A stretch of DNA of 64,000 bases, taken from assembly GCA_045863235.1 (NCBI GenBank), contig BTUM01000020.1, positions 43,287-107,286 of the forward strand, given 5' to 3'. This DNA is from Candidatus Xenobia bacterium (GTDB taxonomy: Bacteria > Vulcanimicrobiota > Xenobia > Xenobiales > QWHO01). The translations under genes were made by a program, and so were the position numbers. A model generated the notes under the pieces. That model was given only the letters and a program-made list of their open reading frames with translations. It made no database searches and was not told where the DNA came from. Below, one piece after another: positions 26,328-34,698 of this stretch; within the stretch, counting starts at the first letter, position 1; each line of letters begins with the position of its first letter.

Positions 26328-28246
26328 TGAACGTTCTGGCAACTTTACCCACCCGCGCCAACCTGCAGGGCGCTCCGCCGCCCGGAGCCCGGTATTCTCT
26401 GGTGTCACCTGACCAGGTCAACCTGAGTCAGCCACCTTGCGCTGAGACCATCGAAACTGACCCGGTCTGCCAGATTTCCCCCTACCGGAAGTCGGTGGTG
26501 GCGGTCTGCCTCTGCCTCAGTGGGTTGACCGGCCTTGGTGCTGCCGTGCCCGCTCTGGCAGCGCAGGTCGCTCACCAGACCCAGCAAGCCGACGACTTCA
26601 AGGTGGTGGTCGTGCCCCACGGCACCCCCCGGGTCGATCTGATCGCCCAGACGGAGAAGGGCCCCAATGACGAGGTCACCCACGTCCCCTACTCGGAGGT
26701 GGGGGTCTACCTGGGCGACGGACTGTTCCACGACTCCAATGGCAACCTTTCCTACCTGCCCACCGACGCCCATGGCTGGACCCCGGCCCTGAGCCAGTTC
26801 CAGCGCGTGGATGTGGAGGTGAACAACGGGCGCGACAAGTCGGTCTCACGCTTCGGGAATACCGTGCACTTCACCGAGGGCTCCACCAAACGTCACGTTT
26901 TCACCGACCAGGGAGAACACATCGAGCAGTTGAGCCGGCGTGAGAAGGCTCAGTTCGATCGCACCGATGATCAGATCCGGGTCAGCAGCGAGAAGGCGAA
27001 TTATACCGTGACCCGCGGCGAGGGTGGCACGCTGACCATTGCTCAGCCCGGCAAGGACAACATCGTCCTGTATCCAGGCATTACCCAGACCCGCATCGGG
27101 CAGGGCGAGCGCCTGATCGGCCGGGTTACCGTCCGCGACGAGGGCCGCATGACCGTGGAGGGCCAGCGTGGCAAGTCCGAGGTCATGCGCTCGGCGGGAG
27201 GCGGCGTGCTCCAGGTGGATGGCCGCCAGGACTACCGCCTCACCCGCGAGGCTGATGGGACGCTGCACATCGAGAAACCGGGTGGCGACCACCGCATGCG
27301 AGTGGACAACCCCGAGAAGCTGCAACTTGCCCAGGAGCGCTACCAGGCGATCGTCAATCACCTGGAGGCCCGCGAGCCGGGCTATACCCAGAAGCACCCG
27401 GTCATCATGGCTATCCTTGAATATGCCGCCCATAACCCGGACATCCTGGACGGCGAAGAGGATGCGCAGGCCTTCCTGCAAGCCGGGACGCAGCTCACCA
27501 ACGTGGGCGGCGCGGCCGTCTCGGGCGTGGCCATGATCAAGGGAGCCACCGCCCTGAGCTTGGCCGAGCGGGCCCACGCTCTGGGCTCGGCTGCCCTGGC
27601 CGCCAAGGCCGGGGCGGAAGCTGCCGCCCGGGCCGGCAACCTGGCCCAGGCCGCGGGACTCGCCGGCGAGGCGCGCGCCCTGGGTGAGCAGGCGCGCAGC
27701 ATCGGGGCCGAGGCCATGCAGACCGGCAAGGGCGCCCAGAATGCCGCCAAGGTGGCTCAGGTCATGCTGGGCGTTGCTGCCACCCTCGAGATCGTGGATG
27801 GCGGCTGGGGTATCCACGAGGGAGCCTCTAACCGCTCGCTGGTGGAGGGCGCCATCGCCGTCACCGAGGCCCGCATGCAAGAGCTGAGGGGGACTCTCAC
27901 GGGAGCCGAGCTCGAGCGGGCCACCGAGGACTACTCCAAGGTCATGAACACCCTGGAGCAGCTGAGACAGAACGCCAAGAAGCAGGTGCGCGTGGGCGGC
28001 CTGAAGGTCGGCTGCGGAAGCTTGCTGCTGGTCTCAGCCCTGATGGGCCCCAAGGCTCCGGTGGCCCTGGGAGCGGTGGGCATCGCCTGCACTGCCGGCA
28101 CATCGATTTACGAGCACTGGGACAAGCTCGAGAGCTTCTTTGACAAGGATGCGCCTCAACGCCCGACCCTGATCGACATCCTGCCCGACGACGAGATCGT
28201 GCTCAAGCTCGACGACGGGACGCCCTTGAAGATCAAGCGCGACTAG
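26324..28246 (+). CDS. Hypothetical protein with beta-rich middle and Ala/Gly-rich hydrophobic C-terminal helices
   Basis: 640-aa ORF coupled to the previous gene; good codon usage; no family recognised. Confidence 0.75.
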   Translation: MMNVLATLPTRANLQGAPPPGARYSLVSPDQVNLSQPPCAETIETDPVCQISPYRKSVVAVCLCLSGLTGLGAAVPALAAQVAHQTQQADDFKVVVVPHGTPRVDLIAQTEKGPNDEVTHVPYSEVGVYLGDGLFHDSNGNLSYLPTDAHGWTPALSQFQRVDVEVNNGRDKSVSRFGNTVHFTEGSTKRHVFTDQGEHIEQLSRREKAQFDRTDDQIRVSSEKANYTVTRGEGGTLTIAQPGKDNIVLYPGITQTRIGQGERLIGRVTVRDEGRMTVEGQRGKSEVMRSAGGGVLQVDGRQDYRLTREADGTLHIEKPGGDHRMRVDNPEKLQLAQERYQAIVNHLEAREPGYTQKHPVIMAILEYAAHNPDILDGEEDAQAFLQAGTQLTNVGGAAVSGVAMIKGATALSLAERAHALGSAALAAKAGAEAAARAGNLAQAAGLAGEARALGEQARSIGAEAMQTGKGAQNAAKVAQVMLGVAATLEIVDGGWGIHEGASNRSLVEGAIAVTEARMQELRGTLTGAELERATEDYSKVMNTLEQLRQNAKKQVRVGGLKVGCGSLLLVSALMGPKAPVALGAVGIACTAGTSIYEHWDKLESFFDKDAPQRPTLIDILPDDEIVLKLDDGTPLKIKRD

Positions 28247-29145
28247 CTCTGGAAGGCGGCTGCCTGGCGTGAGGCGTGGAAGGCCTGCACCAGCGCGCGG
28301 GCAGCCTTCTCCAGGTCGTGCAGGCCGGTCTCGAGGTAGGTATCATCCTCCTTGACGAAGGCCAGCTTCATCTTCTCCAGGGCCGCCAGGGTTTCGACCA
28401 GCCCTTCCTCGGTTTGCTCGATCCCTCCAAGCAGTCCTTCGCGGGCCTCTTCCGGGGCAAGACCCACCATCTCGCGCTGCTGCACCAGCTCAGCGCGGTG
28501 ATGGCGCGAGCGCTTCTCCACTTCCTCGAGCACCGCCAGCAGGCCGTCTGCGTCCAGTTGATCCTGGCGCCAGGCTTGCAGGGCCCGGGCTACCTCCACG
28601 TAGTTGTCGGTGACCTCGGAGCCCCTGGGCCCTCCCGCCTCCAGGCCTTCGGCGTTGACGGCCGCGAAGGAGGATTTCTCCGGCTCGTCTGCCGAGGCGG
28701 GCAGGTTGCGCCCGCACTTGGCGCAGCGATCACTTCCTCGCTCGTTGTCGTGGCTGCAGAAGATGCAGCTTACTCGGCCCATGGCCTCGATGTGCTCCAT
28801 CGCCTGGCTGTGAGCATCCAGCATCAGGTCGTTGGCCGCCTTCGCCAGCTCCAGCCCTCGGGCGAACTCGGCTCCCGATGGCTCCTCCAGGGAGAATTCG
28901 GAGGTCATCACCTCGACCGCTGCCAGGTGGTTCTGGAAGGCGGTCACGATCTGGCGATAGATGGGATCATCGGCCCGGGCCACCCCCTTTTCTGCCTGAT
29001 CGGCCAGGGTAGCCAGCTCGAACTGAACGAAACCGGCCACCTGGGAAAGGACGCCGAGGACGTCCTCCGAGGTGGCCTGCCCTTCCTGGTAGGCGGCCCA
29101 GACCCGGCGAATCGTCGCCAGGGCCGGTGATTCATAGTTCTGCAA
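28243..29145 (-). CDS. Helical hypothetical protein with central zinc ribbon
   Basis: CIFC...N......CAKCG motif; start codon uncertain (TTG). Confidence 0.7.
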   Translation of the reverse strand: MQNYESPALATIRRVWAAYQEGQATSEDVLGVLSQVAGFVQFELATLADQAEKGVARADDPIYRQIVTAFQNHLAAVEVMTSEFSLEEPSGAEFARGLELAKAANDLMLDAHSQAMEHIEAMGRVSCIFCSHDNERGSDRCAKCGRNLPASADEPEKSSFAAVNAEGLEAGGPRGSEVTDNYVEVARALQAWRQDQLDADGLLAVLEEVEKRSRHHRAELVQQREMVGLAPEEAREGLLGGIEQTEEGLVETLAALEKMKLAFVKEDDTYLETGLHDLEKAARALVQAFHASRQAAAFQS

Positions 29146-29151
29146 GGCGAA

Positions 29152-29742
29152 CTAGAACTGCATGAAGCGGGCCGCGCAGCCGCAGCCCGAACCCTGGTAG
29201 AAGTTCCCGCCATAGCTGGGAACGAAGCCGGGGTTGTAGGTGCCCCAACTGGTCTGGCCCCAGGCGTTGCCGGCCGAATGCTGCCCGATTTGAGCCCCGC
29301 TCCAGGTGTTGCCCATCACCGCATCCTGACGGAAGCCCCAGTAATTCATGTCGGTCTGGTTGGCATAATAGTTGCCCGTGTAGAAATTCCCGCCGGCGTT
29401 GGCGTTGGTGTAACCGTGGTTACCGGTGTTGGTGTAGGTCTGGTTGTAGTTGCCAAAGAAGTCCCGGCTGGCGTGGCCGGTCTCGACCCCGTCGCCAAAA
29501 AAGCGCCCGTAGCCCGCCTGCGAGCCGAACATGTTGTTGTTGGAGTAATCCGCCCCGGCATACACGCCGCGCTGGGTGTTCAGGCCGATCTCGGCGCCCT
29601 GGTGGCCCCAGCCGAAGGGCCCGCCTCCATACTGCTGCGAGCGAAGTCCGAAGTCGAAGTCGAGCTTGCCGTCCCGGTTCGCGTCCCCAAGCCCGATCCG
29701 AAAGTTGCCGTCATTGAAGATCGTAAATCCGCCGCCCGCCAT
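29152..29742 (-). CDS. Gly/Asn/aromatic-rich low-complexity protein
   Basis: GAGG RBS, C-ending codon bias, 196 aa rich in G, N, Y, F and Q. Confidence 0.75.
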   Translation of the reverse strand: MAGGGFTIFNDGNFRIGLGDANRDGKLDFDFGLRSQQYGGGPFGWGHQGAEIGLNTQRGVYAGADYSNNNMFGSQAGYGRFFGDGVETGHASRDFFGNYNQTYTNTGNHGYTNANAGGNFYTGNYYANQTDMNYWGFRQDAVMGNTWSGAQIGQHSAGNAWGQTSWGTYNPGFVPSYGGNFYQGSGCGCAARFMQF

Positions 29743-29935
29743 GGTGAGACCCTCCTCATGTTGACTTCTCTCTCTTTGTATGAAGTATCCCGCGCGATCG
29801 GTCGAAAGTCAGGGTCCAAATGTTAAAAAAACATTGCCAAACGGACACGAGCCAGAGAGTCCTGCTACCTGGCGCGAGCCAGACGGTAACAGCCTGTCTA
29901 TGACTTCAGGCCCGCTATGAGGCTATTCTCCGGGC

Positions 29936-30742
29936 ATGCGCATCCAGGACTCCTTCGTCTCGCTCGTTCAACGCACTGTAACCCCGCGGGCGGCTGTTCC
30001 GGTCCCCTCCGGCGACACCGTCGAGCTCGCCCCTGTCACTCCCGAGAAGGAGGCGGTCATCCGAGCGATGATCCGCAAAGCCCCAGACGAGCTCTCACGT
30101 GAGCGGGTAGTGGAGGCTCTGGCGGCCTACCCCCTGGAGGCCCTGGAGCGGGTTCAGGCCTACGGAACCCTTATCGAGGTTTACGACTTCGCCGCCGGGG
30201 AAGGCGTCCCGAGCTATTTGCCCACGCTGTCCAACCCGGATACGCTGGGCGCTTACAACACCAAAGCCAACGTGTTGGGCTTCAATCGCTCCAACTTGAC
30301 TCCGTTCGCCGTGCTGCATGAGTTCGCGCACGCTCTGGACATGTCCATGGGCGAGCCGAGCCGCACCCCCGAATGGCGTGGGGCCCACGCCCTGGCGGCC
30401 AACACCAATCAGGTGGTGCGCGACTACGCCAAACAGGACCCGTCGGAGTATCTGGCCGAAAGCGTGGCTGCCTACCTGGTGCCCGACCAGGCCCTGGTGC
30501 CCCTGATCGAGCGCGGACTGGCCGAAGAGCGCGGGCTGGGTGGGCTGGATGAGCGCGAGTACTGGCAGATGCACCAGAACTTCTGCCATGGTCGGCTCGA
30601 GCGCGTGGACGGCGAGGGCTACCGGTTGGTGCGCGAGCTACTCGAAGAAGACGAGGTGCCCGCCGTGGCGCCGCTGCCGGCAATGAGCGAGGAACAGTGG
30701 AACCAGTTCTTGCTCAGCTCTCCTCAGCCCGCGGCGAGCTGA
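29936..30742 (+). CDS. Zinc metallopeptidase, anthrax lethal factor/Pro-Pro endopeptidase-like (HExxH)
   Basis: VLHEFAHALD followed by DYA...PSEYLAES. Confidence 0.78.
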   Translation: MRIQDSFVSLVQRTVTPRAAVPVPSGDTVELAPVTPEKEAVIRAMIRKAPDELSRERVVEALAAYPLEALERVQAYGTLIEVYDFAAGEGVPSYLPTLSNPDTLGAYNTKANVLGFNRSNLTPFAVLHEFAHALDMSMGEPSRTPEWRGAHALAANTNQVVRDYAKQDPSEYLAESVAAYLVPDQALVPLIERGLAEERGLGGLDEREYWQMHQNFCHGRLERVDGEGYRLVRELLEEDEVPAVAPLPAMSEEQWNQFLLSSPQPAAS

Positions 30743-31703
30743 GAACCCCGAGCGTCACCTCGCAAAGCGGCTCCATCACAATCACCCCCTCGACCCCCAG
30801 CAGCAGGAAGCCGATCGCTCGGCCGGCCAGGCGCCCGGCGCACATGCCCGTGCTCATGCGCCAGGCGGCAACAAAGGGCGACCGGGTGAGCATTGTGGCC
30901 GCAGTGATGGAGAGGAACTGGAACAGCGGCACCAGCCAGCTCGCGAAGAGCAGTGGGCCCAGCCAGTCCACCAGAAAGCCCACCACCAGAGGCGCTCGCA
31001 TACCGCGCGTGGCGGGGGTGAAGAGCAGTGCCAGCAAGATGCCCGCTTTGAAACCGTGGGCATAGAGGGGCTGGGACAGGCTGGGGTGCACCCCTGAGAG
31101 CAGATAGAGCACATTGGATACGCTCAGCGCATACACCGTCAGCCCCACCAGCAGACCGGCCATCACCAGGTGTTGAGCCAACCACACCATCTGGCCCAGG
31201 CGCCCCGGCGGAATCTCCCAGGGGGTGGGGATACGCGGCACCAGCGGGTCAGCTTGCCAGGCCATCCCGAAGGCCAGCGCTGACCAGAGCACCGTGGTGC
31301 CCAGTTGCCCGTAGGCAAATTTGACGGCCTGAGGGGGGATGGCCCCTGGCTGGCCATAGGTGTGCAGGCTGATCAGCACTGCCAGGATGCCCAGGGCGCC
31401 GGCTACCCGCAGCAGCCAGCGCCACTCTGAGCCCTCGGGCTCGTCCCGGTCGGCCGCCACCGTGGGCCCGAAGAGGGTCTGAGGGAGCAGGACGGCAAGG
31501 CCCCCCACGAAGAGCAGCACCAGGAGCAGATTCACCCCAGCGGTCAGGAAAATCGCCAGGTGAATTCCCAGAGAGCCCAGGAGCGACTTGAGCATGGACT
31601 CGGTGAGGAGGCGCATCCCCAGTTGGAGCATCATCCCGCCCAGCAGGGCCACCTCCAGGCTCAGCAACACGATCAGGATGAGGTTGGCGCGCTTCTGGTT
31701 CAC
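30714..31703 (-). CDS. Multi-pass membrane protein
   Basis: Several hydrophobic helices; GTG start overlaps the upstream stop. Confidence 0.7.
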   Translation of the reverse strand: MNQKRANLILIVLLSLEVALLGGMMLQLGMRLLTESMLKSLLGSLGIHLAIFLTAGVNLLLVLLFVGGLAVLLPQTLFGPTVAADRDEPEGSEWRWLLRVAGALGILAVLISLHTYGQPGAIPPQAVKFAYGQLGTTVLWSALAFGMAWQADPLVPRIPTPWEIPPGRLGQMVWLAQHLVMAGLLVGLTVYALSVSNVLYLLSGVHPSLSQPLYAHGFKAGILLALLFTPATRGMRAPLVVGFLVDWLGPLLFASWLVPLFQFLSITAATMLTRSPFVAAWRMSTGMCAGRLAGRAIGFLLLGVEGVIVMEPLCEVTLGVLSSPRAEES

Positions 31704-31945
31704 GGGCTCAGCGTCTCGACCGGTCGGGGCGTCGGCTCATCCTCCGTCAGGCCCCGTAGGCCGTGCTCGGCGTAGAGCTGCATCCAGCCAAACAGCATGC
31801 TGATCGAGATGAGCACCATCAGAATGAAGAGGCGCGCGCGCATGAACATCCCCGGCCAACTCCCCAGTCCGGGCGGGAAAGGATTCAGCCCGATGCCAAG
31901 GCCCAGGAGCAGCAGCATTCCCAGCCCGATCAGGTCAGCGATCAC
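31700..31945 (-). CDS. Small two-TM membrane protein
   Basis: VIADLIGLGMLLLLGLGIG...LFILMVLISISMLFGW; start uncertain. Confidence 0.55.
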   Translation of the reverse strand: MIADLIGLGMLLLLGLGIGLNPFPPGLGSWPGMFMRARLFILMVLISISMLFGWMQLYAEHGLRGLTEDEPTPRPVETLSP

Positions 31946-31979
31946 AGAGACTGTGAATTCGGGTGAGCCGGGCCGGTTC

Positions 31980-33020
31980 CTACTTGACCCGGTCGAGGAT
32001 GAGTTGCTGCACGATCCCATCCGGGTCCACGCAGATCTCGAGGCTGAGGTCGGAATAAGTCCAGATCGTTCCCTGGTAAGGGACCATGGAACGATGGCGA
32101 ACCGAGTCCGGTGGGCCCAGGGCCGCAGAGATCCTGTCCTGAGGATCCCCTCGAAGGAGCATGACGGATCCACCCCGCTCCAGTTGATACCCTGACAGGA
32201 AGGTAACCACGTCGTTCCTGCAGGCAGCACTGACCTGCCCGAATTGAGACGGCCGGGGGTCACCCAGCTCGTAGTAGCATCGCCACGGCTCGACTCCAGG
32301 ATTCACCTCGTAAGGAAGTCCGAGCCCCACAAGATCGGTCACCGGCATTCCAAGATAGACCTCGCGGATGGTCAGGACATCCTGGGGAATTCTCAAACCA
32401 GGGCGGCGAGCTGGCTTCTGCATGCGAGCGAACTCCTGCTCAGCCCGTTTGCGGTTGATCCGATCCAGGCGCTGACCCACGGCATCCCAATCGCGAAGGT
32501 AGTAGTTCCTCACTCCGGTGCCGCCTCGCACGAGCACGCCTGGATGATGGTGATACGAAGCATCCGCACTCCAGCTCATTCGTGCGGGTCCCAACTGAGC
32601 CGTGATTTCAGACGCACTGCTGGTTTGACTCAGAATCTCCCGACCACGGGATTCGACGGACGAACCCGCGATGAAGACCACGCGTCCCCCTCTTGTATCC
32701 AGGCCGACGTGCGCTTTGAGATGGACGGCGGGCAAGGTTGGCGAGTCACCTCGCTGGAGGCAAGGCGGGTCTTCGTAGTTAAGCCACCAGCCAATCTCGG
32801 GCATCGTGTCCAGTGCTTCCTCAAAGAGCGGATCCCCCTGACCCTCCGACACGGGAGGGCCGAGCACCCGTCGAACCTCTTCGTCCGTCATTCCCACTCC
32901 CACTCGTCCCACCGTGAGGCTCCGACCTCTTTCCGGTCGGCCGAGCTTCAAGCAGGTCAGAGCGACCAGGCCAACAGTCAGGAGCACCCAGAGGAGATTG
33001 AGTCGAGCGTGCTGGCGCAT
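31980..33020 (-). CDS. Membrane-anchored protein with two similar domains (V.LGM....V..LG.P)
   Basis: N-terminal TM/lipoprotein-like segment; duplicated VGVGMT..VLGPP / VYLGM..ALGPP; atypical codon usage. Confidence 0.65.
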   Translation of the reverse strand: MRQHARLNLLWVLLTVGLVALTCLKLGRPERGRSLTVGRVGVGMTDEEVRRVLGPPVSEGQGDPLFEEALDTMPEIGWWLNYEDPPCLQRGDSPTLPAVHLKAHVGLDTRGGRVVFIAGSSVESRGREILSQTSSASEITAQLGPARMSWSADASYHHHPGVLVRGGTGVRNYYLRDWDAVGQRLDRINRKRAEQEFARMQKPARRPGLRIPQDVLTIREVYLGMPVTDLVGLGLPYEVNPGVEPWRCYYELGDPRPSQFGQVSAACRNDVVTFLSGYQLERGGSVMLLRGDPQDRISAALGPPDSVRHRSMVPYQGTIWTYSDLSLEICVDPDGIVQQLILDRVK

Positions 33021-33226
33021 ACCCGGAGTCTAACACTGCAGTGTGGCAAGTGATTGGCACGCCTGAGATTCGACGCCTGTCCGACCGACCGGCCTGCTCT
33101 AGTCCGGCTGACCTGTCTGGCTGCCGCGCGAGGCGGACGACCCTTACGATGCCTGGACGACCTGCCGGGCCTGTCCTGCCGACCTGGAACCGCCCATCTC
33201 GCCGCCTGGACCTCATTCACAAAACG

Positions 33227-33335
33227 CGGCCGGTGCCCTCTGTCTCGAATCCGGCAGGTGCCCTGTGTCTCGAATCCGGTCGGTGCCCTCTGTCTCGAAT
33301 CCGGCCGGTGCCCCTCTGTCTCGAATCCGGTCGGG
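33227..33335. repeat. Intergenic tandem repeat, 4 x 25 bp (CGGNNGGTGCCCTCTGTCTCGAATC) plus a partial fifth copy
   Basis: Units at 33227, 33252, 33277 and 33302 (the last is 26 bp); no spacers. Confidence 0.92.
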
Positions 33336-33369
33336 ACGCGCAGGAACTGCTCAAGTCGCTCCAAAATCA

Positions 33370-33399
33370 TGTAGTGTTGGTTTTTATTTTTACACTACA
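33370..33399. promoter_or_regulatory. TGTAGTGT-N14-ACACTACA palindrome with T-rich spacer
   Basis: Same arms and spacing as the site at 19302-19331; 12 bp upstream of the ATG at 33412. Confidence 0.6.
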
Positions 33400-33411
33400 G
33401 GATGTTAGAGC

Positions 33412-34698
33412 ATGTTTGTGAGACAGACCGGTCGCCGATTCCTTTTGTTGCACTCCTACCGCGAGGGCGGCAGTCGCGTTTGCCAGCTGGCCCTGCATCG
33501 GTTTGACGGGGTAGGCGAGGTGGTGGAGGCGCTTGAGCCGCGGGGATGGCGAGCTCTCCGGGGCAAGGTCGAGGGTCAGTTCCCTCACCTGGCGCTGGAC
33601 TGGGATGGGCTGAGGGGCAGGCTGACCCGGCTGCTCGAGCGGCTTCAGGAGGCTGGTGGTCCTGAGGAGAGGGTACGGGCAGGGCTGGAGTCAGGCAAGC
33701 GCGCGACCGAACGAGTCACTCCCCTGGTGGAGTCCGGGAAAGATGCCGGGCGCGCTCTTGAGCTTCGACGCGCGATCCGCAGATTGCGCCGACTGGTGAG
33801 CGAGGCGGAGCCTGAGGTTTTGCGACTGGCCGGCTCGGACCTTCACGAGTTGGGTCAGCGACTTGCTGAGAGCGTTCCGGTGGAGGCAGAGGGAGTCGAG
33901 AGCGAGTTGGCTGCTTCGGCGGCCCTCGAGGAGGAAGACCCGAAGGCGGCCCGAGGGAGGCTGCGTCGGGCGCAGCGGCTCCGACCCTGGGACGGAGGGC
34001 TGTGGAGGCTGGAAGCTGAGCTCCTGGCCCGCCATCGACGCTGGAAGGGGGCTGAGAAGGCGTATCGAGCCGCTGCTCGGCTCGACTGGCACCGGCTCCC
34101 CACGAATCGGCGGGTCTTTCGTCCAGACGAGCCGGAAGTCCGTCCCTATCTGCAAGACCTGGAAGGGCTGGCATTGGTCCTGGAGCGGAGGGGCCTTTTG
34201 GAGCAGGCCTGTGAGGTTCTCCAGGAGCGAGTTCGCGTCTGTCCGGAGCCGGCCTCTCGCGAGGCGCTGGGAGCCGCTCTCCACCGTGCCGGTCAGTTTG
34301 AGCAAGCGCGGCAGCAATTCCGAAGACTGCCCGACTGTGACTGGAGACGGCATTATCACGAGGCCGTCACCTGGCTCGAGCAGGGGGCTGCTCTGGCCGG
34401 CCTGGGGGTCTTGCTGCGCGCCATCGCCCGCAACGATTGGCCCGCCTGCACGCTGCTTCCCCGTCTTCGGGGAGGGCCTCGAGTCTCGCAGCCTGACACT
34501 GAATATTGGGAGCAGTTCGGCGATCTATGGAGCGAAGAGGCTCGTTGTTTTCTTCGAGCCGTCCGCGAGGATCGGACAGTTCGGGTCTGGATCACCCAGC
34601 TCTACAAGCGGCGCCATCGGGTGCGCAAAGTGATGCCGCTCTATGTGATGAGACCGGTGGCCCGACGGGCACTGGCCAGAATCGTCAGTTCGGCGTGA
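33412..34698 (+). CDS. TPR-like helical-repeat protein with basic N-terminal beta module
   Basis: RPYL..L.GLA.VL...G..EQA...L and ALG.ALH.AGQFEQA..QF TPR-like segments; atypical codon usage. Confidence 0.7.
   Translation: MFVRQTGRRFLLLHSYREGGSRVCQLALHRFDGVGEVVEALEPRGWRALRGKVEGQFPHLALDWDGLRGRLTRLLERLQEAGGPEERVRAGLESGKRATERVTPLVESGKDAGRALELRRAIRRLRRLVSEAEPEVLRLAGSDLHELGQRLAESVPVEAEGVESELAASAALEEEDPKAARGRLRRAQRLRPWDGGLWRLEAELLARHRRWKGAEKAYRAAARLDWHRLPTNRRVFRPDEPEVRPYLQDLEGLALVLERRGLLEQACEVLQERVRVCPEPASREALGAALHRAGQFEQARQQFRRLPDCDWRRHYHEAVTWLEQGAALAGLGVLLRAIARNDWPACTLLPRLRGGPRVSQPDTEYWEQFGDLWSEEARCFLRAVREDRTVRVWITQLYKRRHRVRKVMPLYVMRPVARRALARIVSSA

Noticed and set aside
33227..33335. CRISPR array
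   Set aside because: Units are contiguous with no unique spacers, and no cas genes are present in the window.
33028..33410. Integron attC site (GTCTAAC ... GTTAGAG)
   Set aside because: The core sites are about 380 bp apart with no long inverted pairing, and no integrase is present.
33412..34698. Intact IS1634-family transposon
   Set aside because: Only the N-terminus is similar; no DDE domain, and no terminal inverted repeats or target duplication flanking the gene.
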